Positions 1 to 8,100 of a stretch of 32,000 bases of DNA are shown one piece after another (positions within the stretch are counted from its first letter, which is position 1; each line of letters starts with the position of its first letter). Below the pieces are notes generated by a model. It was not told the DNA's origin, did not search any database, and saw only the letters and a program-made list of their open reading frames with translations. Source of the stretch: Candidatus Electrothrix yaqonensis (GTDB taxonomy: Bacteria > Desulfobacterota > Desulfobulbia > Desulfobulbales > Desulfobulbaceae); contig CP178758.1 of the NCBI GenBank assembly GCA_047651235.1, positions 660,001 to 692,000 on the forward strand. The letters are read 5' to 3'. The translations under genes and the position numbers were made by a program.

Positions 1-949
1 TGTTGCCAAGATGGGCAAGCCGCTGTGCATTATTGCAGAAGATGTTGACGGCGAAGCCTTGGCTACCCTGGTGGTCAATAAGCTGCGCGGCACCTTGAAC
101 GTTGCTGCTGTCAAGGCTCCGGGCTTCGGCGATCGCCGCAAGGCAATGCTGGAAGACATCGCCATCCTCACCGGTGGTCAGGTCATTACCGAAGATCTGG
201 GCATCAAACTGGAAAATATCACAGTTAACGACCTCGGAACCGCCAAGCGGATCGTGATCGACAAGGACAACACTACGGTTGTGGACGGTGCCGGTGACAA
301 GGACAAACTGGCTGCACGGGTTAAGCAGATTCGTACCCAGGCCGAAGACTCCACCTCCGACTATGACCGTGAGAAACTCCAGGAGCGTCTGGCCAAGCTG
401 ATCGGCGGTGTTGCCGTGATCAATGTCGGTGCTGCCACCGAGGTTGAAATGAAGGAGAAAAAAGCCCGTGTTGAGGATGCCCTGAACGCCACCCGCGCTG
501 CCGTTGAAGAGGGTGTGGTTCCCGGCGGCGGTGTTGCCTTCCTGCGCTGCATCAAAGCACTTCAGGAGATGAAACTGGTAGGCGAGCAGGATCTCGGCCG
601 TCAGATCATCATGCGCGCTCTTGAAGAGCCAGTTCGGCAGATCGCCTGTAACTGCGGTCGTGAGGGTTCTGTGGTTGTGGAAAAAGTGAAATCATTGGAA
701 GGTGCCAACGGTTTCAACGCAGCGACTGAAGAGTACGGTGACCTCATTGCTGCCGGTGTTATTGATCCCACCAAGGTAACCCGCACAGCCCTGCAGAATG
801 CGGCTTCTGTCTCCGGTATGCTGCTCACTACCGAGTGCATGATCGCTGATGAGCCGGAAAAAGAGGACCGTGCCGGAATGGGTGCCGGAATGGGTGCCGG
901 CGGAATGGGTGGCATGGGCGGAATGGGTGGCATGGGCGGAATGATGTAA
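1..949 (+). CDS. groEL: Chaperonin GroEL, C-terminal ~315 aa (5' end outside window)
   Basis: Frame is open from the window edge to TAA at 947-949. Translation has GroEL hallmarks ([56 protein letters not shown]) and a GGM-repeat C-terminal tail. Confidence 0.97.
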   Translation, partial: VAKMGKPLCIIAEDVDGEALATLVVNKLRGTLNVAAVKAPGFGDRRKAMLEDIAILTGGQVITEDLGIKLENITVNDLGTAKRIVIDKDNTTVVDGAGDKDKLAARVKQIRTQAEDSTSDYDREKLQERLAKLIGGVAVINVGAATEVEMKEKKARVEDALNATRAAVEEGVVPGGGVAFLRCIKALQEMKLVGEQDLGRQIIMRALEEPVRQIACNCGREGSVVVEKVKSLEGANGFNAATEEYGDLIAAGVIDPTKVTRTALQNAASVSGMLLTTECMIADEPEKEDRAGMGAGMGAGGMGGMGGMGGMGGMM

Positions 950-999
950 CCTGCTCTGCTCCTGACTGCTTGTCAGACCCGTCACTCCATGACGGAACA

Positions 1000-1038
1000 G
1001 GCGGCATTATCCGAAAGGGTGATGCCGCTTTATTTTTT
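1000..1038 (+). terminator. Rho-independent terminator after groEL
   Basis: Hairpin GCGGCAUUAUCC-GAAA-GGGUGAUGCCGC (1001-1028) followed by UUUAUUUUUU. Confidence 0.7.
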
Positions 1039-1060
1039 CTGCTGCAGGTATGTTTTTTTC

Positions 1061-1092
1061 TTGACAGAAATACGCAGATAATGCTATATAAT
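1061..1092 (+). promoter_or_regulatory. Sigma70-type promoter for the tRNA gene
   Basis: TTGACA (1061-1066), 18-20 nt spacer, TATATAAT (1085-1092), about 20 nt upstream of the tRNA 5' end. Confidence 0.5.
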
Positions 1093-1111
1093 CGCCTCAT
1101 AAAAAAATTAT

Positions 1112-1188
1112 GGCGATGTAGCTCAGCCGGTTAGAGCGCACGGCTCATATCCGTGGTGTCCGGGGTTCAAGTCCCTGCATCGCCACCA
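1112..1188 (+). tRNA. tRNA with CAT anticodon (elongator tRNA-Met, or tRNA-Ile2 if lysidine-modified)
   Basis: 77 nt cloverleaf read by eye. Acceptor GGCGAUG/CAUCGCC; D-arm GCUCAGCCGGUUAGAGC; anticodon stem CACGG/CCGUG with loop CUCAUAU; T-arm CGGGG-UUCAAGU-CCCUG; encoded CCA. The G1-C72 pair argues against an initiator tRNA. Confidence 0.9.
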
Positions 1189-1223
1189 TAAAGCAATCCG
1201 GTACAGTCCGGTTAAGTATATAG

Positions 1224-1262
1224 CCCCGATTCCTGACAAGGAATTCGGGGTTCTTTGTTTTC
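1224..1262 (+). terminator. Putative terminator after the tRNA
   Basis: Imperfect hairpin CCCCGAUUCC-UGACAA-GGAAUUCGGGG followed by UUCUUUGUUUU. Confidence 0.45.
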
Positions 1263-1431
1263 TGCCTGTAAGAAGCTGTCCGGGGCTGTGTTTCCGGCAG
1301 GGGCTTTGCACCGCGCTGCGGTCAGGCCAGGAAAAGTTGCACGACGTTATGTGTGGCAAATATCTTGATCCAGAAAGGACAAATTTTATGCAACGAGCTG
1401 AACTCCACTTTATCGGCACCGTGCACAGCGA

Positions 1432-1720
1432 TATAGCTGGAGCAACATAATTTGAATATGCCCACAAGAGGCATAAGTTTTGCCATCACGCCTTTCAGAT
1501 AGCTGATCCTGTATTCAGTTTATACTGCTCCAGCTATATCCGGGAGGCTGTAACATCTTCCGGGCATCTGATCGAGTACCTGCCTGTTTACTCTCCCGAC
1601 CTGAATCCCATCGAACATAAATGGGCGCAGGCCAAAGCTCTCAGGAGAAAACATCGCTGTTCCGTTGATGAGCTTTTTCAGCGGTACAAATTATAGTCAG
1701 TTTATATTGCTCCAGCTATA
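1432..1720 (+). mobile_element. IS630-family debris: MITE-like IR pair (1432-1538) plus 5'-truncated IS copy (1541-1720)
   Basis: Left IR TATAGCTGGAGCAACATAA (1432-1450). The reverse complement of 1702-1720 is TATAGCTGGAGCAATATAA (18/19 match). The reverse complement of 1521-1538 is TATAGCTGGAGCAGTATA. Ends are embedded in TA dinucleotides, the IS630/Tc1 target. An IS630-type transposase C-terminus lies between the second and third IR. Confidence 0.7.
1541..1696 (+). pseudogene. IS630-family transposase, C-terminal remnant only
   Basis: Translation ...GHLIEYLPVYSPDLNPIEHKWAQAKALRRKHRCSVDELFQRYKL* (stop 1694-1696) carries the YSPDLNPIE motif typical of IS630/Tc1-mariner DDE transposases. No start codon and no N-terminal or catalytic portion. 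Confidence 0.75.
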
Positions 1721-1964
1721 ATTACCAATTACCCGGAAGGAGCCGGTCTCTGTTCCTGGCCCGCGAACGGATAAAATGTCAACCGAGCCGAAGCTGTCGC
1801 CAGCATGGAGTCAGGAGAAAGAGCCAATGGAGAAAATTGACCCGCAGGGGTTGACAGCTGTCCGAATGTACAATAACCTCGAAATGATATCAGATAGGAT
1901 TGTCGCACCCTGCGCAGTCCTGATTATTCATTCCGGCCATCCTGCACCAGGATAAGGAGTCTGT

Positions 1965-2393
1965 ATGACTGCAGCAAAACAAGGAGACAGCGTCAAAGTC
2001 CATTACACCGGTTCCCTGACGGACGGTACCCAGTTTGATTCTTCCGTGGGGGTTGATCCCTTGGAGTTCACCTTGGGCAGCGGCCAGGTAATCGCCGGTT
2101 TTGACGAGGCCATCACCGGTATGGAGCCGGGCGAGAAAAAGACAGTGACCATTTCGGCGGATAAGGCATACGGCCAGCGCAATGAAGAGATGGTCATCAA
2201 CGCGCCCCGTGACCAGGTGCCGGACAACATCACCCCTGAAGTGGGACAGCAGCTGCAGCTCTCCGGACCGAACAACCAGCCTATTATCGTCAAGGTCATT
2301 GAAGTGACAGACGAGCATATCCAGCTTGACGCCAACCCTCCCCTGGCTGGCAAAGACCTCACCTTTGATCTCGAACTGGTTTCTATTGCCTAA
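1965..2393 (+). CDS. FKBP-type peptidyl-prolyl cis-trans isomerase (SlyD/FkpB-like, with IF chaperone insert)
   Basis: 142 aa with VKVHYTGSLTDGTQFDSS...PLEFTLGSGQVIAGFDEAITGM...ANPPLAGKDLTFDLELV. AAGGAG Shine-Dalgarno 6 nt upstream. Confidence 0.9.
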   Translation: MTAAKQGDSVKVHYTGSLTDGTQFDSSVGVDPLEFTLGSGQVIAGFDEAITGMEPGEKKTVTISADKAYGQRNEEMVINAPRDQVPDNITPEVGQQLQLSGPNNQPIIVKVIEVTDEHIQLDANPPLAGKDLTFDLELVSIA

Positions 2394-2443
2394 TTTCCCG
2401 CCGGGGTGCTTTTCCCGGCTGCAGATACTTTCTTCAGCCCGGA

Positions 2444-4858
2444 TCATCCTCCGGGCGTTGCTTCCTTCTCCTGCCCTGTCAAAATCCAGCGCTGCAGCAG
2501 CGGCACCCGGAATGACCAACCGTTGTCCTCCTGCGCGAGGATTTCCTTGCGCACCAGCATGGATGCCGCCCTACCCGTCTCTTCGATCGGCTCCCGCTCC
2601 TCTGCCACCGCCCGGAGCAGCTTCCGCTGGGCGTCGTTGAGGGCATTCCAGAATTCATCAAAGTAATAATGCCCATGCTCAAAGGCGGCAGGGAGAATGG
2701 CCTCCACGTCGCCGGGCTGCACAGCTTTGGTTTTATTTCTGTTGAGGTGATCAACAGCTTCAGAGCAGAGGAGCTGGATGAGATAGGGCTGGCCCTGGGT
2801 GAGCTGCCAGACCGCCTCTGCCGCCCCATCCGGCCAGATTGCCGGGAAGTCCGGCACCGGGCGGCAGATCAGCTCCAGCGCATCGTTCTTGTCCAAGTAG
2901 CTTACGCGCAGACTGCGGGTGTTGATCAGGCAGTCGCTCCAGTGTGGGGTCAGCTCGTCCGGTGTGTGCGCCCCGGCAAAAAGGAGCTGCCAGCGGTCGC
3001 GGTGCTGGATCAGGTGGCGGAGGAAGTTAAGCGGGGCTTGGCTGCCGCTGGCAGTGACGATCTCCTCTATCCGCTCGAACTCGTCCAAGCAGAGCAGGAA
3101 GGTCTTGCTAGGCGCGGCCTGCTCGACCATATCTAACCAGCCGAGCAAGGCGGCGAACGGGTCGGTCTTTAGTTCTTCCTTGTCTGGGGGAGATAGACTC
3201 AAACGGTGTGTTGTATGGGCTGAGGCGGCAATCTGATCAGCAATGCCCTTGGCCAGACCATGCAGCGAGATAGACACTAACGCGCCTTGAAGGTCCACAA
3301 ACAAAGGCAGGATGTCCGAGGGCATCTGCCTGGGCAGGTAGCGCAGGGCCGAGCTTTTGCCGCTGCGCCGGTTGCCCTGCATGACCAGGGTGGGCGGCTG
3401 GGCCGAGAGCAGCAGGCTTTCGATCTGGTGGAAGAGGTCACGGCGGCCCTTGAACAGCCTCCCGGCCTTGTCCGGCTCCAGGGTCGGACCGGGCAGATAG
3501 ACCGGGGGAATCTCGTCGCTCTGTGCGGCCTGCTCGCGCAGAGTCTTGCGGGCGGTCTCCAGGATGCGCTGCCAGTGATCCAGCACCGCGCCAAGGGCGG
3601 TGGCCTCGCGGGCAGAGGCAGCGGCCAGGGCATTGCGCTGCTGGTCGATTCTGGCGCAGACCTTCTTCAGTCGCTCCTCCCTGCGAAATGGGGTGGTGGA
3701 GTTCAGGGCCGAGTCCGTGTCCTGGCTCAGGTCAAGGCAGGTGGTGATCTGCCCGGCCTGCTCAGCAGACAGCCAGTCCAGCTTCTTCCGCACCTCGGCA
3801 ATATCCTCTGCGCTCCAGCAGCGGCGGAACTCCTCTGCCGCAATGAGGAGCATGGCCTTGCTGGCGGCCTTCTGCTGATTGGTGGAGCTGATCAGGTGGT
3901 TCACAGTCTGGCGGGCGGCGGCTTGGTTCTCCTGATATGCTTTGGCGATGAGGCCGGGCAGGAAAGGCATGGGCAGGATAAACTGATCGAACTGCGGAAA
4001 CAACAAGTCCAGTTTAGAGCAGGCTTGATTATTCGGAAATAGGAGATAAGGCAGCTTCAGCAGCCAGAAGCAAAGACGCAGCACGCCGACAATAAAGGAA
4101 ACACCGAATGCTATAGTAGTTACTTGCTCGACCGTTGTTGCAACGGTCATTGCTCCAAACATAACTACAAATACTGTGCTACCCATCACTATAACCACTG
4201 AGCCTGCAACGACCTCCGCCCCGCTGAACACTGCTGCAAACGCTCTGCCGACCGCCACGCCGACCGCTACGCCGACTGTCACACCTCCTGCAATGCCGAC
4301 TGTTGTGCTTCCTGCAATACCAATCGTTGCACCGACTGCCGCGCCTATTGCTACACCACCTACAGCACTGACCGCTCCATCAATCGCTATACTGACGATT
4401 ATGCTGACCGCCACAATGATTGCTGCTTCATTGAGAAAATTATATTTGAGCATAAATATGATTGGCAGGGTTATTACCGAAATTATTACCGGCCAAACTG
4501 CTCTTTTCCTTACTATCCGAAGAAAAATTTGGCCCAGCAGCCATCCAAGGGAAAAAAAATAGCTCAACCACCAGTTGAGCTGCAAGACAGCAGTTCCGAC
4601 AATAAGCCGCGAAATACTGTCTGCCAGCGGCGCATACAGAAATATCGTCGCAATAGGCACCAGTGCAGTCAGCCACCAGACCTGATCATCGTAACGCTTC
4701 AGACGCGGATTTGCCCGTGTCTCCGCAGAACGGCGGTAGATGTTGTCGTTGTACGGATCAGTGATTTCCGGGCAAATCTCCCGTACATACTGCTTCAGGG
4801 TGTAGGGCTTGAAATAAATCCAGTACAGCAGCTGGAGGCATTCTTTGATGTATTGCAT
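2444..4858 (-). CDS. Membrane-anchored P-loop NTPase: N-terminal multi-TM / Gly-zipper-like module + Arch_ATPase/STAND-like NTPase + wHTH-like tail
   Basis: 804-aa ORF. The N-terminal ~270 aa are hydrophobic and include AVSAVGGVAIGAAVGATIGIAGSTTVGIAGGVTVGVAVGVAVG. C-terminal half has FKGRRDLF, Walker A QGNRRSGKSS, Walker B LLCLDEFERI, GQPYLIQLL and a C-terminal helix-rich tail. AAGGGA SD upstream. Confidence 0.8.
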   Translation of the reverse strand: MQYIKECLQLLYWIYFKPYTLKQYVREICPEITDPYNDNIYRRSAETRANPRLKRYDDQVWWLTALVPIATIFLYAPLADSISRLIVGTAVLQLNWWLSYFFSLGWLLGQIFLRIVRKRAVWPVIISVITLPIIFMLKYNFLNEAAIIVAVSIIVSIAIDGAVSAVGGVAIGAAVGATIGIAGSTTVGIAGGVTVGVAVGVAVGRAFAAVFSGAEVVAGSVVIVMGSTVFVVMFGAMTVATTVEQVTTIAFGVSFIVGVLRLCFWLLKLPYLLFPNNQACSKLDLLFPQFDQFILPMPFLPGLIAKAYQENQAAARQTVNHLISSTNQQKAASKAMLLIAAEEFRRCWSAEDIAEVRKKLDWLSAEQAGQITTCLDLSQDTDSALNSTTPFRREERLKKVCARIDQQRNALAAASAREATALGAVLDHWQRILETARKTLREQAAQSDEIPPVYLPGPTLEPDKAGRLFKGRRDLFHQIESLLLSAQPPTLVMQGNRRSGKSSALRYLPRQMPSDILPLFVDLQGALVSISLHGLAKGIADQIAASAHTTHRLSLSPPDKEELKTDPFAALLGWLDMVEQAAPSKTFLLCLDEFERIEEIVTASGSQAPLNFLRHLIQHRDRWQLLFAGAHTPDELTPHWSDCLINTRSLRVSYLDKNDALELICRPVPDFPAIWPDGAAEAVWQLTQGQPYLIQLLCSEAVDHLNRNKTKAVQPGDVEAILPAAFEHGHYYFDEFWNALNDAQRKLLRAVAEEREPIEETGRAASMLVRKEILAQEDNGWSFRVPLLQRWILTGQEKEATPGG

Positions 4859-4887
4859 GGAAAATCCCTTGTGACTAGCAAGCAGAC

Positions 4888-4897
4888 AGTGTACACT
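4888..4897. promoter_or_regulatory. Perfect 10-bp palindrome AGTGTACACT in the divergent promoter region upstream of vapB (candidate operator)
   Basis: Palindrome abuts a TATGAT -10-like hexamer (4897-4902), 35 nt upstream of the vapB start. Confidence 0.35.
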
Positions 4898-4931
4898 ATG
4901 ATAGTGCTAAATCTTAATCGGGAGATACGAG

Positions 4932-5150
4932 ATGATAAAAAACATAACCCTCAGTGCTGATGAACGCCTGATCTTCAAGGCCAGAAAAAAAGCTCAATCC
5001 GAACATACAACCCTGAATGCCCGCTTCCGTCAATGGCTTGACAGGTATACCGCTTCCAATATTGACAGTGAATACGACCGTCTTATGGATCAGTTAAGCC
5101 ATGTAAGGGCGAGCGGTCCCTACAGCAGAGACGAGTTGAATGAGCGATAA
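4932..5150 (+). CDS. vapB: Antitoxin (RHH/CopG-like, VapB-type)
   Basis: 72 aa with N-terminal ITLSADERLIFKARKKAQSEHTTLNARFRQWL, an RHH-antitoxin-like pattern. Overlaps the downstream PIN gene by 11 nt. GGGAGA SD. Confidence 0.6.
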   Translation: MIKNITLSADERLIFKARKKAQSEHTTLNARFRQWLDRYTASNIDSEYDRLMDQLSHVRASGPYSRDELNER

Positions 5151-5571
5151 ATATTTTATTGATACCAATATCTTTGTCTACTCTTTTCAACGGGATGAAC
5201 CAGAAAAACAAAGTGTTGCCCAGAAGCTGATTCGGAATGCCCTGAAGGAACAGACAGGCTGCATAAGTTCTCAGGTCATACAAGAATTTCTGAATGTTGC
5301 CACGAAAAAGCTCAACCCTCCCCTGTCGCATCAGGAAAGTCTCAAATATCTGGATACAGTGCTGGCACCATTGTGCGAAGTGTTCAGCTCACTTGAACTG
5401 TACCATAAAACTATAGAAATCACAGAGCGATGGAAATACACTCTATATGATTCTATGATTATTACTGCGGCCTTGCAGGCCAATTGTGCCGTCTTGTATA
5501 CAGAGGATCTGCACCACGGGCAGCAGGTCGAATCTCTTGTTATTGAGAATCCTTTCCGTGCCGGATCATGA
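5140..5571 (+). CDS. vapC: PIN-domain ribonuclease toxin (VapC-type)
   Basis: 143 aa. Acidic PIN residues in the usual order: FIDTNIFVY (D), VIQEF (E), LYDSMII (D), YTEDL (D). Confidence 0.85.
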   Translation: MSDKYFIDTNIFVYSFQRDEPEKQSVAQKLIRNALKEQTGCISSQVIQEFLNVATKKLNPPLSHQESLKYLDTVLAPLCEVFSSLELYHKTIEITERWKYTLYDSMIITAALQANCAVLYTEDLHHGQQVESLVIENPFRAGS

Positions 5572-5592
5572 TAAGAGACAGTCTATCATCTT

Positions 5593-6624
5593 CTATTTCA
5601 CCAGCTTGCTCAAAAAATCAAGAATGTCCTTTACCGGTAATTGCCCGCTCCACCACGCATACCCCACCGCAAGAACAACGACCAGCACCAGAACACAGGA
5701 CATAATCGGTTTGCAATCGGTAGCATGTTTGGGCAACTTGGGAAATATTTTCAGTATCCAGCCTGCGTATCGTTTCCACACACTGACCGGTCTGATCCGG
5801 CACCGCTGCTCCTCAAACAGCTTCCTTGCCCACTTTGTCTTTTTCCCGAACTGCCGGGTCTCGAACAGAGCCGTCGCAGCCAGCTGGAGCAGATAGGGAT
5901 GCCTGCCGCCCCATTTCCGGGCTAACCGCTGATCTTTCGGCTCCAGAGCAGGTGGGGCATGAGCGGGCAGACACACCAGCTTCTCCGCTTCTTCCTCGGT
6001 CAGCTCACCCAATTTCAGCACATGGCCGAGATTGAAAAAGGCTGAGGTGAGCTGGTGCTCCCCGGCACAGACATCTAGGGATTTCCGGCTGGCCGGGATC
6101 AGCATCAGCCGGTTGGCATTCATGAATCCCCGCAGCCGATCAAAAAAGCTGTCTGTAAACTGCTCCTGCCGCTTGAGCAGCTTTTCGAATTCATCCAGAC
6201 AGAACACCGGCAGCAGATCCTGGGCAGCAAAGGCATCCAGTAGCTTGCTGAAGTCCTTATGCGTTCCGGGAAGAGGAGACAGCGCGGAACGCAGCGGTCC
6301 GATCTGGGCAACCGCAGGCCGGTCCAGCGCACCTGCCAGCAGCCGATAAAAATCCGCTTCTGTTGGCGGGTCATCTTCCTGCAGATCAATATACACCACC
6401 ACGAATCGGGCCGGGTTGTTCACCCGCTGTTCCCAGGTCTGAAAAAAATGATAGAGCAGCGAGGACTTGCCGATGCGGCGTTCGCCGATCACATTGACGC
6501 TGACCGGCTGGGCACCGCTCATCCGGCGGGCAAGGAAACGCAATTCCTCTTTCCGTCCGACAAATAGACCGGGATCAGTGATCTTCGGTCCGGCAACAAA
6601 GGGGCATGAACTTGATGCGTGCAT
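5593..6624 (-). CDS. P-loop NTPase (Arch_ATPase/STAND-like) with a C-terminal transmembrane anchor
   Basis: Start reassigned to ATG at 6624 (GGGAGAA SD; MHASSSCPFVAGP...). The longer 401-aa ORF overlaps the upstream GT2 gene. Motifs LFVGRKEELRFL, Walker A GERRIGKSS, Walker B VFCLDEFEKL, GRHPYLLQLA, and a C-terminal TM helix IMSCVLVLVVVLAVGYAWW. Confidence 0.8.
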   Translation of the reverse strand: MHASSSCPFVAGPKITDPGLFVGRKEELRFLARRMSGAQPVSVNVIGERRIGKSSLLYHFFQTWEQRVNNPARFVVVYIDLQEDDPPTEADFYRLLAGALDRPAVAQIGPLRSALSPLPGTHKDFSKLLDAFAAQDLLPVFCLDEFEKLLKRQEQFTDSFFDRLRGFMNANRLMLIPASRKSLDVCAGEHQLTSAFFNLGHVLKLGELTEEEAEKLVCLPAHAPPALEPKDQRLARKWGGRHPYLLQLAATALFETRQFGKKTKWARKLFEEQRCRIRPVSVWKRYAGWILKIFPKLPKHATDCKPIMSCVLVLVVVLAVGYAWWSGQLPVKDILDFLSKLVK

Positions 6625-6655
6625 GATGTTCTCCCTGTAAAATGGGTCGTAAAGT

Positions 6656-7522
6656 TTACCCCGCAGCCGGAGTATTTTCCCTTTCCCGGCCTGACAAGAA
6701 CCGCTCCGGCAGGGCAAGATAGCGTTCCCCCTCCTCCGGCCTGCCGTGTTTGATGCAGCCGTTCCCGTAAATATTGCATTTTTTCTCCAGCTCCGCAACA
6801 GCCAGACCGTACTGCTCCACAGTCAGCGGGCACTCTTCCAACAGGTGACAGAGGGAGCGGATGCGCCAAGTGTCCATACCCAGCCGGTGCACGACTGAGA
6901 GTTGATCCGGCCGGCCGCCGTCCTTCAGGGTCAGCGGTTCATCAATCAGAAGAAACTCTTCTTTTCTGCTCACCCGTAGCCAGAGGTCATAGTCTTCGCA
7001 GCAGGGCATGTCTTCGGCAAAGGTGCCGTAGCGCGTGAACAGCTCTCGGCGCACCATGACTGTGGACATGCCTACCACGCACATGGCCAAGGCGCGGCGG
7101 AAGATGTTCCCGTGGGGCGGGGTGTGTTTCTTTTTCTGATTCACCTGCCTGCCGTGCCGAAACCACAGTTCCTTGGTGTGTGAAATCAGATACTGCGGCG
7201 CTGCCTGCATGGCCCTGAACTGCAGGTCCAGCTTGCGCGGCGCCCAGCGGTCATCGGAATCAAGAAAGCAGAGGAGATCGTACCGGGCCTCGGTAATGCC
7301 TCGGTTCCGGGCGGCAGAGGCTCCCTGGTTCTGGTGAAAAAAATACCGGATCGGTACGTTGCTGCAGGCGGCAAGCCGCCGGATCAGCTCCGGGGTCGCA
7401 TCGGTGGAGCCGTCATCGATCACCAGAATTTCGGCGCAGGCAAGGGTCTGCTTCTGCACCGAGGTGATGGCCTGTTCAAGAAAGTTAGCCCGGTTATAGG
7501 TGGGGATAATGACGGAGATCAT
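6656..7522 (-). CDS. Family 2 glycosyltransferase
   Basis: 288 aa starting MISVIIPTYNRANFLEQAITSVQKQT...ILVIDDGSTDAT...FLDSDD, the GT2 (GT-A) signature. Confidence 0.9.
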   Translation of the reverse strand: MISVIIPTYNRANFLEQAITSVQKQTLACAEILVIDDGSTDATPELIRRLAACSNVPIRYFFHQNQGASAARNRGITEARYDLLCFLDSDDRWAPRKLDLQFRAMQAAPQYLISHTKELWFRHGRQVNQKKKHTPPHGNIFRRALAMCVVGMSTVMVRRELFTRYGTFAEDMPCCEDYDLWLRVSRKEEFLLIDEPLTLKDGGRPDQLSVVHRLGMDTWRIRSLCHLLEECPLTVEQYGLAVAELEKKCNIYGNGCIKHGRPEEGERYLALPERFLSGRERENTPAAG

Positions 7523-7800
7523 TTGCCGTGTTTTTTTCAGGCGGATTTGCCGGAATTCATTTTTGCCGCAATGGGCTGCAACGGTACCCGATAACCAATT
7601 CAGTTTTCTGAGCTACACAAGGATGCCTATAACTCCCTTCCACGTCTTTGCTGCAGAAAAACTGTCGTGCAATCCAAGGTATAATGGAGTATGATGTTCA
7701 TAGGAGCACTATGCAATAACATTCACAAAGGAGTATGCAGAATCACTGGCTGTCAGACGGGTCAATAATCCGGACAAACAACTATACGAGGGAGGACATC

Positions 7801-8100
7801 ATGAAAAAAAAGATACTACTGATAACTCTGGCTGCTGCCAGTATCGGCATGTTGAGTGGCTGCTACTACTATCCACCGACGAACTCGGCAGTTGTCGTTC
7901 CCGCACCGTCACGACCGAGTGCGGCTGTTGTCGTTCCTGCTCCGGCTCCGACAGTTGTTGTGCCAGCACCTCGTTCTTACCGTTATTCCTATCCTAGGCG
8001 TTATCGAACGTATCGAAAATATAGAAGATACAGAGCGCCATCACCTCCATCATCTCATTATCGTTATCGTTCCTATCCCAAGCGCCACCGGAGATATTGA
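7801..8100 (+). CDS. Small lipoprotein with VVVPAP repeats and an Arg/Tyr-rich tail
   Basis: Start moved to ATG 7801 (GGGAGG SD). Signal peptide with lipobox: MKKKILLITLAAASIGMLSG|C. Three (V)VVPAP units, then RSYRYSYPRRYRTYRKYRRYR...HYRYRSYPKRHRRY. Confidence 0.7.
   Translation: MKKKILLITLAAASIGMLSGCYYYPPTNSAVVVPAPSRPSAAVVVPAPAPTVVVPAPRSYRYSYPRRYRTYRKYRRYRAPSPPSSHYRYRSYPKRHRRY

Noticed and set aside
1123-1467. 114-aa minus-strand ORF overlapping the tRNA gene and its terminator.
   Set aside because: It overlaps a well-formed tRNA on the opposite strand, and has no SD and no recognisable protein features.
4176-4562. 128-aa plus-strand ORF rich in Pro/Thr/Ala (PTATPTATPTVTPPAMPTVV...).
   Set aside because: It is antisense to the Gly/Ala/Val-rich TM segment of the 804-aa gene, so it is a compositional mirror artefact.
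6625-6798. N-terminal 58-aa extension of the 401-aa ORF (start at 6798).
   Set aside because: The extension overlaps the 3' end of the GT2 gene in another frame, is Arg/Gly-rich junk, and lacks an SD. The internal ATG at 6624 has a GGGAGAA SD and begins just before the conserved F-x-GR motif region.
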